Shown here in pieces: positions 1 through 10,426 of a stretch of 64,000 bases of DNA (positions are counted from its first letter, which is position 1; each line of letters starts with the position of its first letter). The position numbers were made by a program, and so were the translations under genes. The notes beneath the pieces were generated by a model. The model was not told the DNA's origin and did not search any database. It saw nothing but the letters and a program-made list of their open reading frames with translations. Source of the stretch: Mayamaea pseudoterrestris (lineage: Eukaryota); assembly GCA_027923505.1 (NCBI GenBank), contig BROI01000005.1, forward strand, positions 248,001 to 312,000, in the 5' to 3' direction.

Positions 1-186
1 CATTTTCGAAAGAAGTACTTGCTTGGATGGCACCAGAGCCAAGACTCGAACGTTTTGGAAGAGTCTTATGCAAAGGAGTTTGCATGGTCGCTGCAAATAC
101 AAAGCGCGACGGAGGAAGCCGAGAACTCCTTTGGCCATTTTCTATACGTCATGACCAAGCAGGACAAAGCGAACGAGCCAATTTAA
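1..186 (+). CDS. 3' end of a class I SAM-dependent methyltransferase, EEF1AKMT4/METTL13-like (partial, runs off window start)
   Basis: Frame 1 is open from base 1 to TAA at 184-186: HFRKKYLLGW...FAWSLQ...SFGHFLYVMTK. This resembles the 'PHFR..Y...WS......F.F.LY.M.K' C-terminus of this family. Confidence 0.6.
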   Translation, partial: HFRKKYLLGWHQSQDSNVLEESYAKEFAWSLQIQSATEEAENSFGHFLYVMTKQDKANEPI

Positions 187-307
187 TCTGGACAGTGACG
201 TGACGAAAGAACTGTGTGGGTGGCTATTCTTTTATATATGTAAACCGGTACATGCTAAAGTATTACTTGAAACTATTCAAACATAAGAATGTCTTAGTAG
301 CCTAGAA

Positions 308-1869
308 TCAGCCTTTGGTAGCAGTTCGAAGAGTGCGGCATACTTCGCATGGCGCGTTTCTCCATGTATGTTTCTCGTTGTAAAAGGTGCAAGCATTGCA
401 ACTCCACGGCCCAATAAGACTATACGTGGAAGGACGACCGCGTAATTTCGCTGTGCTACTGCTTTTAACATACGTGGACTTAGAATGCTGGATCGGTTCT
501 TGCGGCGGCGTGATAATGTTGTTGTCATCGCCGCGATCGGAGAGACCTTTGTCGTCATTTTCCTTGGAGACTTCATACACGCTAATGTCGTCTTCGGATG
601 CTGAAGAGGAAGCAATGGAATAGGCGTCATGATCCGGCGCACAGGGGGCGTCATCCTCAGCAGTGACTGCCGAGTGCACTTGAAGATTGGTAGGATCGGA
701 ATCATGAATCAGGCCATTATCAACATCATGGTGGACTTTATCGTCCCCTGTCGCTGCTGCATCCTCCATGACATCATCCTGACGAGCAGCAGATTCGGCG
801 TAATCCTTATTAAATTCTTCATCAATTTCATGAGCAGCAGGTTTGACATTATCGTTGCCACCGTCGCTATCCGCACTGGACGTGGGCTCCTCGCTTTTGA
901 CCTGCGCACGCCTTTCTCGTTCCTCCTGTATCAGCTTGTCAAACCCATGCTTCAGCTTTTTGTTCATTTGCGGATTGCTCGCGTTCAACGCGGACTTTGC
1001 GCTCCGCTTGCCCCACGACGATTGCCTGCGCGCACGTTCCTGGACGGCCAGCTGTGACACAATTTCCGCATGCGATTTAGGATGCAGCGAATCACATTCG
1101 GCGTTCCACGCCGTGACGAATGTTTTGTGACGCTCAATGAGCTCCTGGTCATTGCCGTCGATTGCAAGGCCTTCCGCGCGGCAAACCTTTCGCAGCGCCT
1201 CCTTCTTCAGATTGCCGTAGATGCGACGACTCTTTTTTGCGTGCGCCGAAGGAAAGACTTGAACGTTTATTGTATCTATTCCAATGTCGGCAGCAGCAAT
1301 CGCACTCGCAGCATGAACGTTGCGTGCCGAGCATCGTTCTGCTCGTTCATCCTGCGCAGGCAGCTCAGAATTAGCAGTAGCTAGATCATTTGATTTGGCA
1401 GATACAACAGTCTTGAGTCCTTCTCTCATACGTTCAAAGCTCGAAACAATCTTTTGCAACTGATGATTCGGATAAAACGCCTTGCAAAAGTCCCGTCCCG
1501 ACGTTTCCACCTCGGCGTTGCAGGACGGACAGTGCGGCTTGACCAAAAACTCGCTCTTGCTCATGCCGTTGGACAGCAAGTGCGTGCGAATGCAAACGGA
1601 GCAAAAGGTGTGCTTGCAGGCAACCAAAGAGACTGGAACATTGAAGAATTCGCGACATATTTCGCAGCGCAAATGCTCCTCGAAATCGCAGAGTGGAGGA
1701 AATGATGGCTTCCATATTTCTGAAAGTAGAAAGCAAAAAGGAAATGTGACAATGAGAAACGATGAGAGTCGTGGAGCAATCGCAAGCAATCACATTCAAG
1801 CCCATCATTTTGCTTACGTTCGTCATCCAATTCATCAACCATGAGGTCAAGCTTGTTGTCTTTCTCCAT
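308..1869 (-). CDS. RAD18: RAD18-like RING E3 ubiquitin ligase (RING-HC, SAP-like domain, C-terminal RanBP2/NZF zinc finger); intron 1720..1817
   Basis: LRCEICREFFNVPVSLVACKHTFCSVCIR...CPSC RING; the 'YGNLKKEALRKVCRAEGLAIDG..LIERHKTFVTAWNAECD' SAP region typical of RAD18; WSCNACTFYN..CEVC at the C-terminus. Exon 1 (ATG 1869, 52 nt) splices GTAAGC..TTTCAG in frame onto the 308..1789 ORF. Confidence 0.8.
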
Positions 1870-2122
1870 GATGTACGTATTTTTTGACCAGACGTTATAT
1901 CAGCGAGAAAGTGAAGCGGCAGCAGAAGCAATCCCATGGCGCAAGGCGCGCGTCGTCCAATGCTCGCCGACAGTGACGTCATGAGTACCGGTGCGAGTCG
2001 CGTGTCGGCCGCGCCGTCGCGCCACCATGAAAAATCCGTGTCGATCGAGAGATTAAAACGACCAAGCAAGCTCCTTTTATACAATGCTAACGAGATAGCA
2101 AGTGCTTCATTGAATAGCAACT

Positions 2123-4525
2123 ATGGAGTCAAAGAAACGTCGGCTTGACGAACATGAATCGTCTACTAGCAGCATGACGGACTTTCAAGCATCGCTGCCG
2201 GTCCATCAATACAAGCAGAAACTAATCCAAGCCATTTTGCAATCGAATAAAATTACTCTCATTGTGGCCGAAACGGGAAGTGGCAAGAGTACGCAAATTC
2301 CAGCCTACATTTTGAACGCTTCCAATGCCAGTGTGCGGATCGCCGTCACGCAGCCGCGGCGCGTGGCGGCCATGACCTTGGCCAAGCGAGTGGCGATCGA
2401 GCAACAACAGCAGCAACAAGTTCTATGCGGATCTGCTGCTGCGACGAAGAATGCAACTTCATTATTCAATCCACATATGATTGGCTACAGGGTTCGATTC
2501 GAAGATACAACAACTCATGACACGCGACTCGTCTATGTCACGGACGGCATGTTGCTGCGCGAAAGTATGGTGGATCCGCTCCTCCGGCGCTACAGCGTCG
2601 TATTCCTGGACGAGAGCCACGAGCGGTCGCTGCAGACGGACATTTTGCTCGGAGTGGTGCAGCGGGCGCGACTGGCGCGAATGAAACTAAACGAGGAATG
2701 TAGCAATCGTGAGTTGCAGCAAAAGAATGGCAAGTTTAAAAACATGAAGCAATTGCCACTTTTGCGTGTCGCAGTCATGTCGGCAACACTTGACGTACAA
2801 GTCTTTACCGACTTTTTCGGAGCCGACCAAGTGCACATCTTCCAAATACCTGGTCGACAGCATTTCGTACAAACTCTATATACGAGTGACCCCGTCGACG
2901 ACTACATGGAAGCGGCGCTGTTTACCATTTGCGAAATTCATGAACACGAACGCAGTGGCGACATTCTGGTGTTTTTGCCGGGACAGGAGGAAATTGAAGA
3001 CATGGCGGCGCTGCTCAGGCAGCAGCTGCAACCAGACGAGACGCGGTGGATTGGTGATCGCGTCGAAGCGCTCCAGCGTGGAAACACCAACTACGACCAT
3101 GCGCACGGTAATAGTTGTCAGATTTTTGGCAACGTCATGGTGACGCAACTATATGCGGCGCTGCCGCCGCAGGCGCAAGTGGCGGCCTTTGACGTGAAGC
3201 CACCCCATGTGACTCGCAAAGTCATTTTGGCGACAACGATTGCCGAAACAAGTATCACCTTGCCGGACATTTGCTATGTGGTGGACTGCGGCAAGCACAA
3301 GTGTCGACGCGTCCTGGCGACTGGCATGGAAACGTTAAACGTGGAAGCCATTAGTCAGGCCCAAGCCATGCAGCGGGCCGGACGAGCGGGGCGTGTGGCG
3401 CAAGGTCTCTGCTTTCGACTCTACCCGGAAGTGGCCTTTGGGAATTTGGAAGTGTCGAGTCCGCCGGAAATTACGCGCGTCAACTTGTCGCAAGTAGTGC
3501 TACAACTCAAAGGCATGGGCATACAAAATGTGGCAGCCTTTGAGTTTGTCACTCCGCCGAGCAAGGCGAGCTTGAAGCGAGCCATTCAGCAGCTCTACGC
3601 ATTGTCGGCGCTGGATGATCAACTCGAGTTGACGGATCATGGCAAAATGCTTGCCAAGCTGCCTTTGGATCCCGTCTTTGGCAATTTGCTCATCAAGAGT
3701 GCCGAATACTCGTGCGTGAGCGAAATGCTGACAGCCGTTTCTGTGTTATCGGCCGAAAATCTATTCTACCGACCACCCGGTGAATCAACGTTGGCCACCA
3801 AGGCTGACGCGTGTCACAAGCGATTCGCGTCATACGAAGGCGACTTGCCAACGTTTCTGAATGTCTACGACGCATGGAGGAGCGAAGCTATCTACGTGCC
3901 GCCTGGTAAAAGCCACAAGTCCAAGAAGAAACTCTTGCAGGAGCAACAGAAAGCCTCCAGTGGCAGCCAGGTCAAGATTTCTCATTCGGATTGGTGCCAG
4001 CGCAACTACGTGTCTGGTCGAGCACTGAGTCGGGCCTATCTTGTGCGACAGCAACTCCGCATGTTGTGCGAAAAGCCATTGGCGCAGAATGGACTCGAGT
4101 TAAATGTTACGTCGAGTTGTGGAAGCAAACGCGAAGTCTTTCTCAAGGCTGTTGCAGCTGGTTTGTATTTGCAGGCGGCGTCTCGCATCAAGAGCGAGTC
4201 TGTTGTTGATAGCAGTCAAGGTCGATCTGGATCACTGACCAGTAATCGTGGCAAGTACCAAACCAAGTTTGGCAGCGAAACGGTTTCGATTCATCCGACG
4301 AGCACGCTGTTTGGCCGAAATCCGGCACCTGCCTGCGTCGTTTACACGGAGCTGATACATACCAAGAGAACCTACATTCGTGGAGTGAGTCAAATACGCG
4401 AAGAGTGGCTGGAGGAAGTGGCGCCTCGCTTTTTTCAAGGACTAAAGTCGTCGACGTCGTCGTCAAGTGTTGCTTCTACCGGTAGCAAGAGGAGTACCAA
4501 GGGCGAACGAAAGACTAGTAACTAA
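2123..4525 (+). CDS. DEAH-box ATP-dependent RNA helicase (DHX33/PRP43-PRP22 group)
   Basis: ETGSGKSTQ, TQPRRVAA, TDGMLLRE, DESHER, MSAT, LVFLPGQEEI, IAETSIT, QRAGRAGR, followed by HA2 and OB-fold regions; single 800-aa ORF. Confidence 0.93.
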   Translation: MESKKRRLDEHESSTSSMTDFQASLPVHQYKQKLIQAILQSNKITLIVAETGSGKSTQIPAYILNASNASVRIAVTQPRRVAAMTLAKRVAIEQQQQQQVLCGSAAATKNATSLFNPHMIGYRVRFEDTTTHDTRLVYVTDGMLLRESMVDPLLRRYSVVFLDESHERSLQTDILLGVVQRARLARMKLNEECSNRELQQKNGKFKNMKQLPLLRVAVMSATLDVQVFTDFFGADQVHIFQIPGRQHFVQTLYTSDPVDDYMEAALFTICEIHEHERSGDILVFLPGQEEIEDMAALLRQQLQPDETRWIGDRVEALQRGNTNYDHAHGNSCQIFGNVMVTQLYAALPPQAQVAAFDVKPPHVTRKVILATTIAETSITLPDICYVVDCGKHKCRRVLATGMETLNVEAISQAQAMQRAGRAGRVAQGLCFRLYPEVAFGNLEVSSPPEITRVNLSQVVLQLKGMGIQNVAAFEFVTPPSKASLKRAIQQLYALSALDDQLELTDHGKMLAKLPLDPVFGNLLIKSAEYSCVSEMLTAVSVLSAENLFYRPPGESTLATKADACHKRFASYEGDLPTFLNVYDAWRSEAIYVPPGKSHKSKKKLLQEQQKASSGSQVKISHSDWCQRNYVSGRALSRAYLVRQQLRMLCEKPLAQNGLELNVTSSCGSKREVFLKAVAAGLYLQAASRIKSESVVDSSQGRSGSLTSNRGKYQTKFGSETVSIHPTSTLFGRNPAPACVVYTELIHTKRTYIRGVSQIREEWLEEVAPRFFQGLKSSTSSSSVASTGSKRSTKGERKTSN

Positions 4526-4546
4526 TTCTAAATCAACAAACAGCCA

Positions 4547-5104
4547 CTACACTGCTTCCCATTTGAATTCGACTCCAGTAAGACCTACAGATTGATCGTT
4601 TGCTTCATCGTATTCGGCCCAGTCGCCATCGGCCAAGTCAACTCCCTCGTCATCGTTGCCGCTTCCAAATTCAGTTCCTCCACTCGAAACGACTTTAAAC
4701 TCTTGTCCCATGGGATGAAAGGCGAACGGCTCGAGTCCTCGACACGAAACCACCAGTAGCGGCACCCAAACGTCATTGTCACTTGCTCCAACATAACTTC
4801 GTGGCAATATTCCATCCTTTTGCTTGCTCTTTTTGAACGCCGTCTTGGCTTCGGCTGCATTCAAGCAAGTCAACGTACTAGCTTTCTTGGCACCATCCCA
4901 TTTGAGTTGAAAGTGGCATGGCGACGTTCGGTCTTCATCGGCTTGCTCCAAAACTGCCATTGGTCTAAAGACGACTTTTTCGCGCATTTCGTAGTCACTC
5001 TGGGGGTTGCGGACGGAAACGCATAAGTGGGCGTCATCGACGAGTTGGACCGAATCAATGTTTTCAGACTCGGCAATCTTCATGTATAGTACAAAGTGAG
5101 GCAT
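4547..5104 (-). CDS. DUF866 / UPF0587 (C1orf123/CZIB-like) protein
   Basis: From MPHFVLYMK (ATG 5104), 185 aa. 'VPLLVVSCRGLEPFAFHP', 'SSGGTEF', 'VDLADGDWAEYDE..QSVG' match the DUF866 C-terminal pattern. Confidence 0.85.
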   Translation of the reverse strand: MPHFVLYMKIAESENIDSVQLVDDAHLCVSVRNPQSDYEMREKVVFRPMAVLEQADEDRTSPCHFQLKWDGAKKASTLTCLNAAEAKTAFKKSKQKDGILPRSYVGASDNDVWVPLLVVSCRGLEPFAFHPMGQEFKVVSSGGTEFGSGNDDEGVDLADGDWAEYDEANDQSVGLTGVEFKWEAV

Positions 5105-5402
5105 GATGGAGTATAAGATGAATAAGTTATGGTCTAACGATTGCAGTACAAGTACAAGCAAAGAAAAGGAAGTCGGTTGTGCCATGGCCATGGCGCGCCG
5201 CTTGGATAACGTGTCGCATCGCAACTTGCGTGACGAAGAATTGGCGCGACCGCCTGTCCGCGCGTCCGAAAATGCGTGGCGGATGCTCGCGTTTCTTTCG
5301 TCTCCTTCCAACGAAACAACTCCACCAAGCTGCAAGGCCTATAGAGTCTACAAACGCACTCAACTAGCTAATTTTCAAATTACATACTACAATAGTGTCA
5401 AT

Positions 5403-6090
5403 ATGAACATTAGCAACAACAGAGACAGCAATGACAATGACGACGCGGGCGCTCCGCTTCCCGACTTTCGCGCTCACAATATTCAGCTGCAAACCATCGT
5501 TCCGTCGCTTGCCGCCGCGCCCGACTATTTGGACTATGACCCCAAGGGACGAGGCATTATTGTGACCATGTTTGCCAACACTGGAATGTCGTATCTGCTG
5601 GGAACGTCGGCGGGTGGCGTCTACGGGTTTCGACAAGGATTGCAGGCGACGCCAAATACGCGGTTTCGTGTGCAACTGAATAGTGTTTTGAATCATTGTG
5701 GTCGATATGGAAGTCGAGCGGGAAATACAATGGGAGTTTTTGCTGTTTTATATTCCTTGTTTGAAGGCGCAGCGGATCAAGTAAGTACAATGTTCGAGGT
5801 GGCGTTCTTAAACGCCGTTGAAACGCGCACTTACAGTTTACCACTACCCTTTGCATTCTCAGCTCGACATTGAAGACAAGCTAAAAATTCGAGCCATTTC
5901 TCCTGCCGCCGCGTCAATGTTCAATCCTGCGTTAGCTGCCACTCTTTCGGGTGTCACGTACTTTGCACCGTCGGGTCCACGGGTGGCAGGCTTGGCTGGA
6001 GCACTGGCCTTTTCCGCCGTTGCCACGACGTATACGGCATACTCCATTTTGAACGTTCCGTATGGATCCAGAGGACTCCTGTGGTTGTAA
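5403..6090 (+). CDS. TIM23: Mitochondrial inner-membrane translocase subunit, Tim17/22/23 family (TIM23-like); intron 5781..5862
   Basis: 'NTGMSYLLG..GG.YG', 'QLNSVLNHCGRYGSRAGNTMGVFAVLYSLFE', 'AATLSG..Y'. The GTAAGT..CTCAG intron joins ORFs 5103..5873 and 5818..6090 in frame. Confidence 0.88.
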
Positions 6091-6147
6091 ATATGATACA
6101 ATACTATACTGATGCGGTATAAAAGAGACGACTTGATTTACACTAAT

Positions 6148-7395
6148 TTACAATCTGCCGTTGATTCGTTGATTCTTGTTGAAAATGTCTTGTAGTCCGT
6201 CGTAGACGCTATGTGCAAAGGCTAGTCTGAGGGGCAAATGGAAAGGTGACTTGTTAGATGTGTACTGGAGAAGCAAAAATCGCCATCCATCGCTTTACCG
6301 TCATTACATCCATTCCAACAAATTAGTTAATACTCACCCCATGGCAACTCGAAGGGTGCCCCATCCAACTCGCAACTGATTTTGCAGAAACACCCAACGC
6401 TCCAAACCCTTTGGCTGCTGTCGAACTTGCTCCACGAGCTCCACTAGCACTTGTTTAATACTTGGCTGAATCTCCTGACTCCGCGTGGCGTACTGAATGG
6501 TGCGCGCGTAGTTGAACGGACTCGACAGCATCGTGGCGAGACCGGCCGCGCAAAAGTTGGCCTGCCACTGGTTGTGCGACTCGAGGCTAAAGATCCACTG
6601 CAGCTGCAGCCGCAGACTGGTGTAGCACGCGCCAAAGACGGCGTCGCGACACACTGTTGCATTGAGGCCGTTGAAGAAGGGACGCAGCGAGTAGCCAGAG
6701 TGCACCAGCATGTGGCGGGCTTCTTTAAACAAGTTGCTACTATTGTCGCGGCCCCATGTCTTGTAGCGAATGGTGGTCAGTGGATTCATTATAAATGCCG
6801 TTGTGGTGCCGGCCAATATGCCAGCCAAAAAGTTGGAAAGGGGGTGTGACTCGTTGGCGCTGAGCGTATGAAGGTAAAAGTGTTCGCATGGAAAGTACAG
6901 GCCGCCGGCTAGGTATCAAGGGATGCGAAGTTGAGCAAGAGATGCTTAAATACAATCACGTCAATCTTAACTAGCAGCGACGTTGACAGTACATTGCCTT
7001 CCAGCATTGATCTTCATCTTCATTTCTCACTCACCTAACGCTCTTCCACCAAGCGACTGTATGAACCCCGCATACGGCCGCTTCCAATTCTCCTTGGACA
7101 GGAAAGGTCGAGAGTCTTTCACGGACAAGTAGAGCGCTCGATCGTAGGGATTGAATACGCCAGCTTGGCAAACGCCGGCGGCCAGGCCGCAGAGCAGTGA
7201 CGTGTAGTCGACCGGCTTGGGAATAGGTCCCTTGGTCGGCCGTCGGACCAACTTCACGGGACGTCCATGTTGCTGCTGCGACAGCAAATGGGATTCCTCC
7301 GCATCGTGATTACTTTCGTCCATGAGTTGTGACGGCATTGGTCGATGCAGCGTGCGATGCGAAAGGTGCGTTGATGTGTCGGCATGTTCGCTCAT
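6148..7395 (-). CDS. Mitochondrial carrier (SLC25) family protein; introns 6909..7034 and 6227..6337
   Basis: Three degenerate Px[DE]xx[KR] signatures (NPYDRAL, NPLTTIR, SPFNYAR), each preceded by 'GLAAG/AGILAG/AAGLA'. Both GT-AG introns keep the frame, giving ...RALAGGLYFP... and ...VAMGLAFAHSVYD... to TAA at 6148. Start codon uncertain (7395 or 7323). Confidence 0.82.
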
Positions 7396-8082
7396 GGCGC
7401 TTCTGCAACGTCGATAGGTTCTCCGTTTCACAATCAACCAAGTCGTAAATTGTCGTTCTACGTAAATAATGAATCAAAGCAGTATTTCCTCAACTAGTGT
7501 CAATCTATCAAAGGGCCTGGACTGCAATTATCGCTCGGCAATCGATCGTCTTCCGTCGCGCGCAGTCCGTTTCGCTTTCCTCGATGTTGCAGCTCGCACC
7601 GGTACTGAACTTGTCGTTTCGCCCGCGGCACTTGCTTGCCGCAATGTTGAGGCCACCCGCGAAATGTGATGCAACGCAACCATTAACGCATGCGCGGGGC
7701 GGAAAGTCGTACTGTACTACATGATCAATGAGTCCGCAACGTACAGCCTTCGCGCGCTTCGCGTGTTCAACACCGCCATCAGGCAATGGACACGCTAGAG
7801 TGAGATTGGTGTTTGACACGGCGCATCGGGTCTAACAAAGCCATGGCCATGTTGCTATAAAAGTCAAACAAGTAGCCAAGAAGGTATATATCTTACAGGT
7901 ACCTGCGTCATGCAACGACTGCTACGCGCAAGGTATTGGTAACAGAGTTTGCGCAGAAGAAACGGTCATTGTGAGGGTAGGAACAGCCAAACGGCAAGGT
8001 AAGTAAAATCTTTCACACCCAGTGGCGAAACTAATCTAGTGGAGCATGTTACATGCATTATTCTCTCATGTTAATCATCATC

Positions 8083-9015
8083 TTAAAAATTACCTGGAAC
8101 AAATTTGCGAGAGGTTACAGAGGATTTAATGTCATCGCCGAGAACTTTTGCATAATCTCGTCGATCTGAATCTTCCACAATCACATATCCACAGTCGCTC
8201 GGCTCTCGATCAGCGCAAAGCCCATCCTCTCCTCTATATATCACTACCAGTGTGTATGCGACGCCTTGCAAAAGAAACAGGGAAATTGATCTTAGTTGCT
8301 GGGCGTCACCTTTGTAGCCGTAAATTTGTGCTTCACGAGAATCGGTTCTGTCATCTAAAATCTCAACTATTAGTTCTGTAGGGTTTGAGTCATACTGGAT
8401 TGTTAGAACCACTTCTTTGATTGGGGTTCTGGGAGCCAAGGTTGGTGGCGTTGGCTTGCGACTTGGCCTTTTGCTTGGAAAGCTGCTTGGAGAAGTGCTT
8501 GGCAGTAGGCTGGGTTTCGTGCTTGGTCTCCTGCTGGGCTTGTGGCTAGGAGAAATGCTTGGCAGTAGGCTGGGTTTCATGCTTGGTCTGCTGCTGGGGA
8601 ACATTGATGGTGAAGTGCTTGGTTCAAAGCTGGGTTGACTGCTTCTGCTTGGTGGTGCTGATGGAAAGTGATTAGGCTGAAACTTTGTATCTTTGTTGGG
8701 CAAGCATTGGCGTCGGAAGGCAACAAGTATCGCGCGTTGCCAAACTCTTTTTCGTCGCCGCGCCGACAGATCAGCCAGCTCGGGTCCACAACTGCGGAGA
8801 GTAATAGTCTCAACGCATTTATTGAAGCTGCCTCTTGACAAACACGAGTTGCTACAAGGAAGATTACTGTTGCTTACACATTCCCTTGCCAGCTCATCCT
8901 TTTTGCGACTGGCCTTCCTGCGCTTTTTTAGGCTTGCGTTTTCAGCCAAGGCCAATCCGGAAAGAAGCAGCAGCAACAACAAAGCAAGCTGGGAAAGGCT
9001 TGAATGAATTGGCAT
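8083..9015 (-). CDS. Secreted protein: signal peptide, basic Cys-containing N-domain, (PSxx)n linker, C-terminal globular domain
   Basis: Hydrophobic LALLLLLLLSGLALA signal; PSFEPSTSPSMFPSSRPSMKPSLLPS... tract; C-terminal VVLTIQYDSNPTE...YTLVV...DGLC beta-rich region. Confidence 0.75.
   Translation of the reverse strand: MPIHSSLSQLALLLLLLLSGLALAENASLKKRRKASRKKDELARECVSNSNLPCSNSCLSRGSFNKCVETITLRSCGPELADLSARRRKRVWQRAILVAFRRQCLPNKDTKFQPNHFPSAPPSRSSQPSFEPSTSPSMFPSSRPSMKPSLLPSISPSHKPSRRPSTKPSLLPSTSPSSFPSKRPSRKPTPPTLAPRTPIKEVVLTIQYDSNPTELIVEILDDRTDSREAQIYGYKGDAQQLRSISLFLLQGVAYTLVVIYRGEDGLCADREPSDCGYVIVEDSDRRDYAKVLGDDIKSSVTSRKFVPGNF
8489..8598. repeat. Coding tandem duplication, period 60 bp, within the (PSxx)n linker
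   Basis: ggagaagtgcttggcagtaggctgggtttcgtgcttggtctcctgctggg (8489-8538) versus ggagaaatgcttggcagtaggctgggtttcatgcttggtctgctgctggg (8549-8598). Confidence 0.85.
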
Positions 9016-9290
9016 GATCTATTGAAAGGATGGATGCTTTTTGTGTTTTGTGGCCGCAGTTGTATATGGCGATGGTGTGAATCGCGGGGTTCATCAGGTC
9101 AAAGTCGTCTCGCAGCTCGCAGTGACAGTCCACAACTTGAGCTAAACTTCTCACAGGTGTTTTGATTGAACTAACTTTCTCTTTTTCTCGATGGTTGCAC
9201 GTCATGATAGCCTTTTCATTGGCTTACTTTCGGACGTTTGGGATAAATGATATTTTGATATTGACGGTCCATTCAATGATACGCGCTATC

Positions 9291-9469
9291 ATGTCAGAGG
9301 AGACAGGTGGCAGTAGCGCATGCAGTATTGTCATTGTTTGGAGCTATCCTATCCTACTTTGGATTACAAGAGCTAAACACTCCTTTTCAAGTTTTTGTCG
9401 CTGTTATGTCAGAGGCGACAGGTGGCAGCGCTTGCAGTAATTGCCGATTCGGAGCTATCCTATCCTACT
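9291..9469. repeat. Imperfect non-coding direct repeat (two copies of about 65 bp)
   Basis: atgtcagaggagacaggtggcag...ggagctatcctatcctact at 9291-9358 and atgtcagaggcgacaggtggcag...ggagctatcctatcctact at 9406-9469. Confidence 0.85.
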
Positions 9470-9622
9470 ACAGTACAGTACGTACGGAGTACAGCAGGAG
9501 CAGTGAGCAGCGACTACCAAGAGTCAGGTAGTTTGCCTTCCGATTCTGTCGGTAGTCACATACTGCGAGGCATGGCCGTCAAGAAAAATGATGATTGGTG
9601 GTATGCGGGAGGTATATGTCTT

Positions 9623-10426
9623 CTAGTTTGCTCTATCCTTACTTGCAATTAACCCAACGTCAGGCTTGACCGACTGAAATCGTACGCAAGGAGTATCACC
9701 TTCGTAGTCAATACATGTCACACTGGCGGTAGCAACGTTAAGCTTCGTCATCTCATTTGTAGGAATTTCAAGTGCCTCGCTTAATATACACCTTGTCACT
9801 TGCAAGTGTGAAACAATGCAAGCTGCATTTCCCGGGTTCATCAGCGATAGCGCACTGCGATGCGCCTTCATCACTCTCGACTTTAAAGCTGGCATCGACT
9901 CTCCATTAGCTGGAGTCACCGACTCATCACATGCATCAAACCGAGACATGAGTGCGATCCCTATCTCCTCCTTGGTAAGTCCACACCAGTCCCCTCGGTC
10001 GAGCTCCTTGAACCCTTCGAGAATGGTCAATTCCAGGTCCGTCACCTTTTCCTGCCGCTTTATAACTTCATTGGCCCCGTAGATGGCTCTTGAAAGGGGA
10101 CTGCTAAACACTTTGCTCAATCCGAACTGGCTCAAGAATGCACCAGCTGCTTGCGCCTCTTGTTCGCCAAGTTTCGAGAGGCTCACGTCCATTGATCCGT
10201 ATAACACAGCCTTTTCACCTCCCGGGTTGATGACTTCACCATGTCTGACGAGGAATAGTCGTTTAGCGGTTGGAGCTACAGCAGGCAAAGCTGTGCCAAA
10301 AGAATTTTGCAATATGGTTTTGTGGCTCATCATCACAGACAAATTCGTCGAGGCTCGTCGTGCAAGTCCGTGAGAAAAGCCAGATGCCAAAGATGCAGTT
10401 AGAAAAAGTGTTGCTCGCAGCAACAT
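9623..10426 (-). CDS. Histidine phosphatase / phosphoglycerate-mutase superfamily protein, predicted plastid-targeted
   Basis: LFLVRHG catalytic motif, SSPLSRA, ELDRGDWCG, GES, IVSH. The N-terminal signal peptide ends ASG-F (ASAFAP-type). Confidence 0.88.
   Translation of the reverse strand: MLLRATLFLTASLASGFSHGLARRASTNLSVMMSHKTILQNSFGTALPAVAPTAKRLFLVRHGEVINPGGEKAVLYGSMDVSLSKLGEQEAQAAGAFLSQFGLSKVFSSPLSRAIYGANEVIKRQEKVTDLELTILEGFKELDRGDWCGLTKEEIGIALMSRFDACDESVTPANGESMPALKSRVMKAHRSALSLMNPGNAACIVSHLQVTRCILSEALEIPTNEMTKLNVATASVTCIDYEGDTPCVRFQSVKPDVGLIASKDRAN

Noticed and set aside
5105..5402. Overlapping N-terminal extensions of the DUF866 and TIM23 ORFs
   Set aside because: Both run across the shared divergent promoter with no family similarity; the downstream ATGs fit better.
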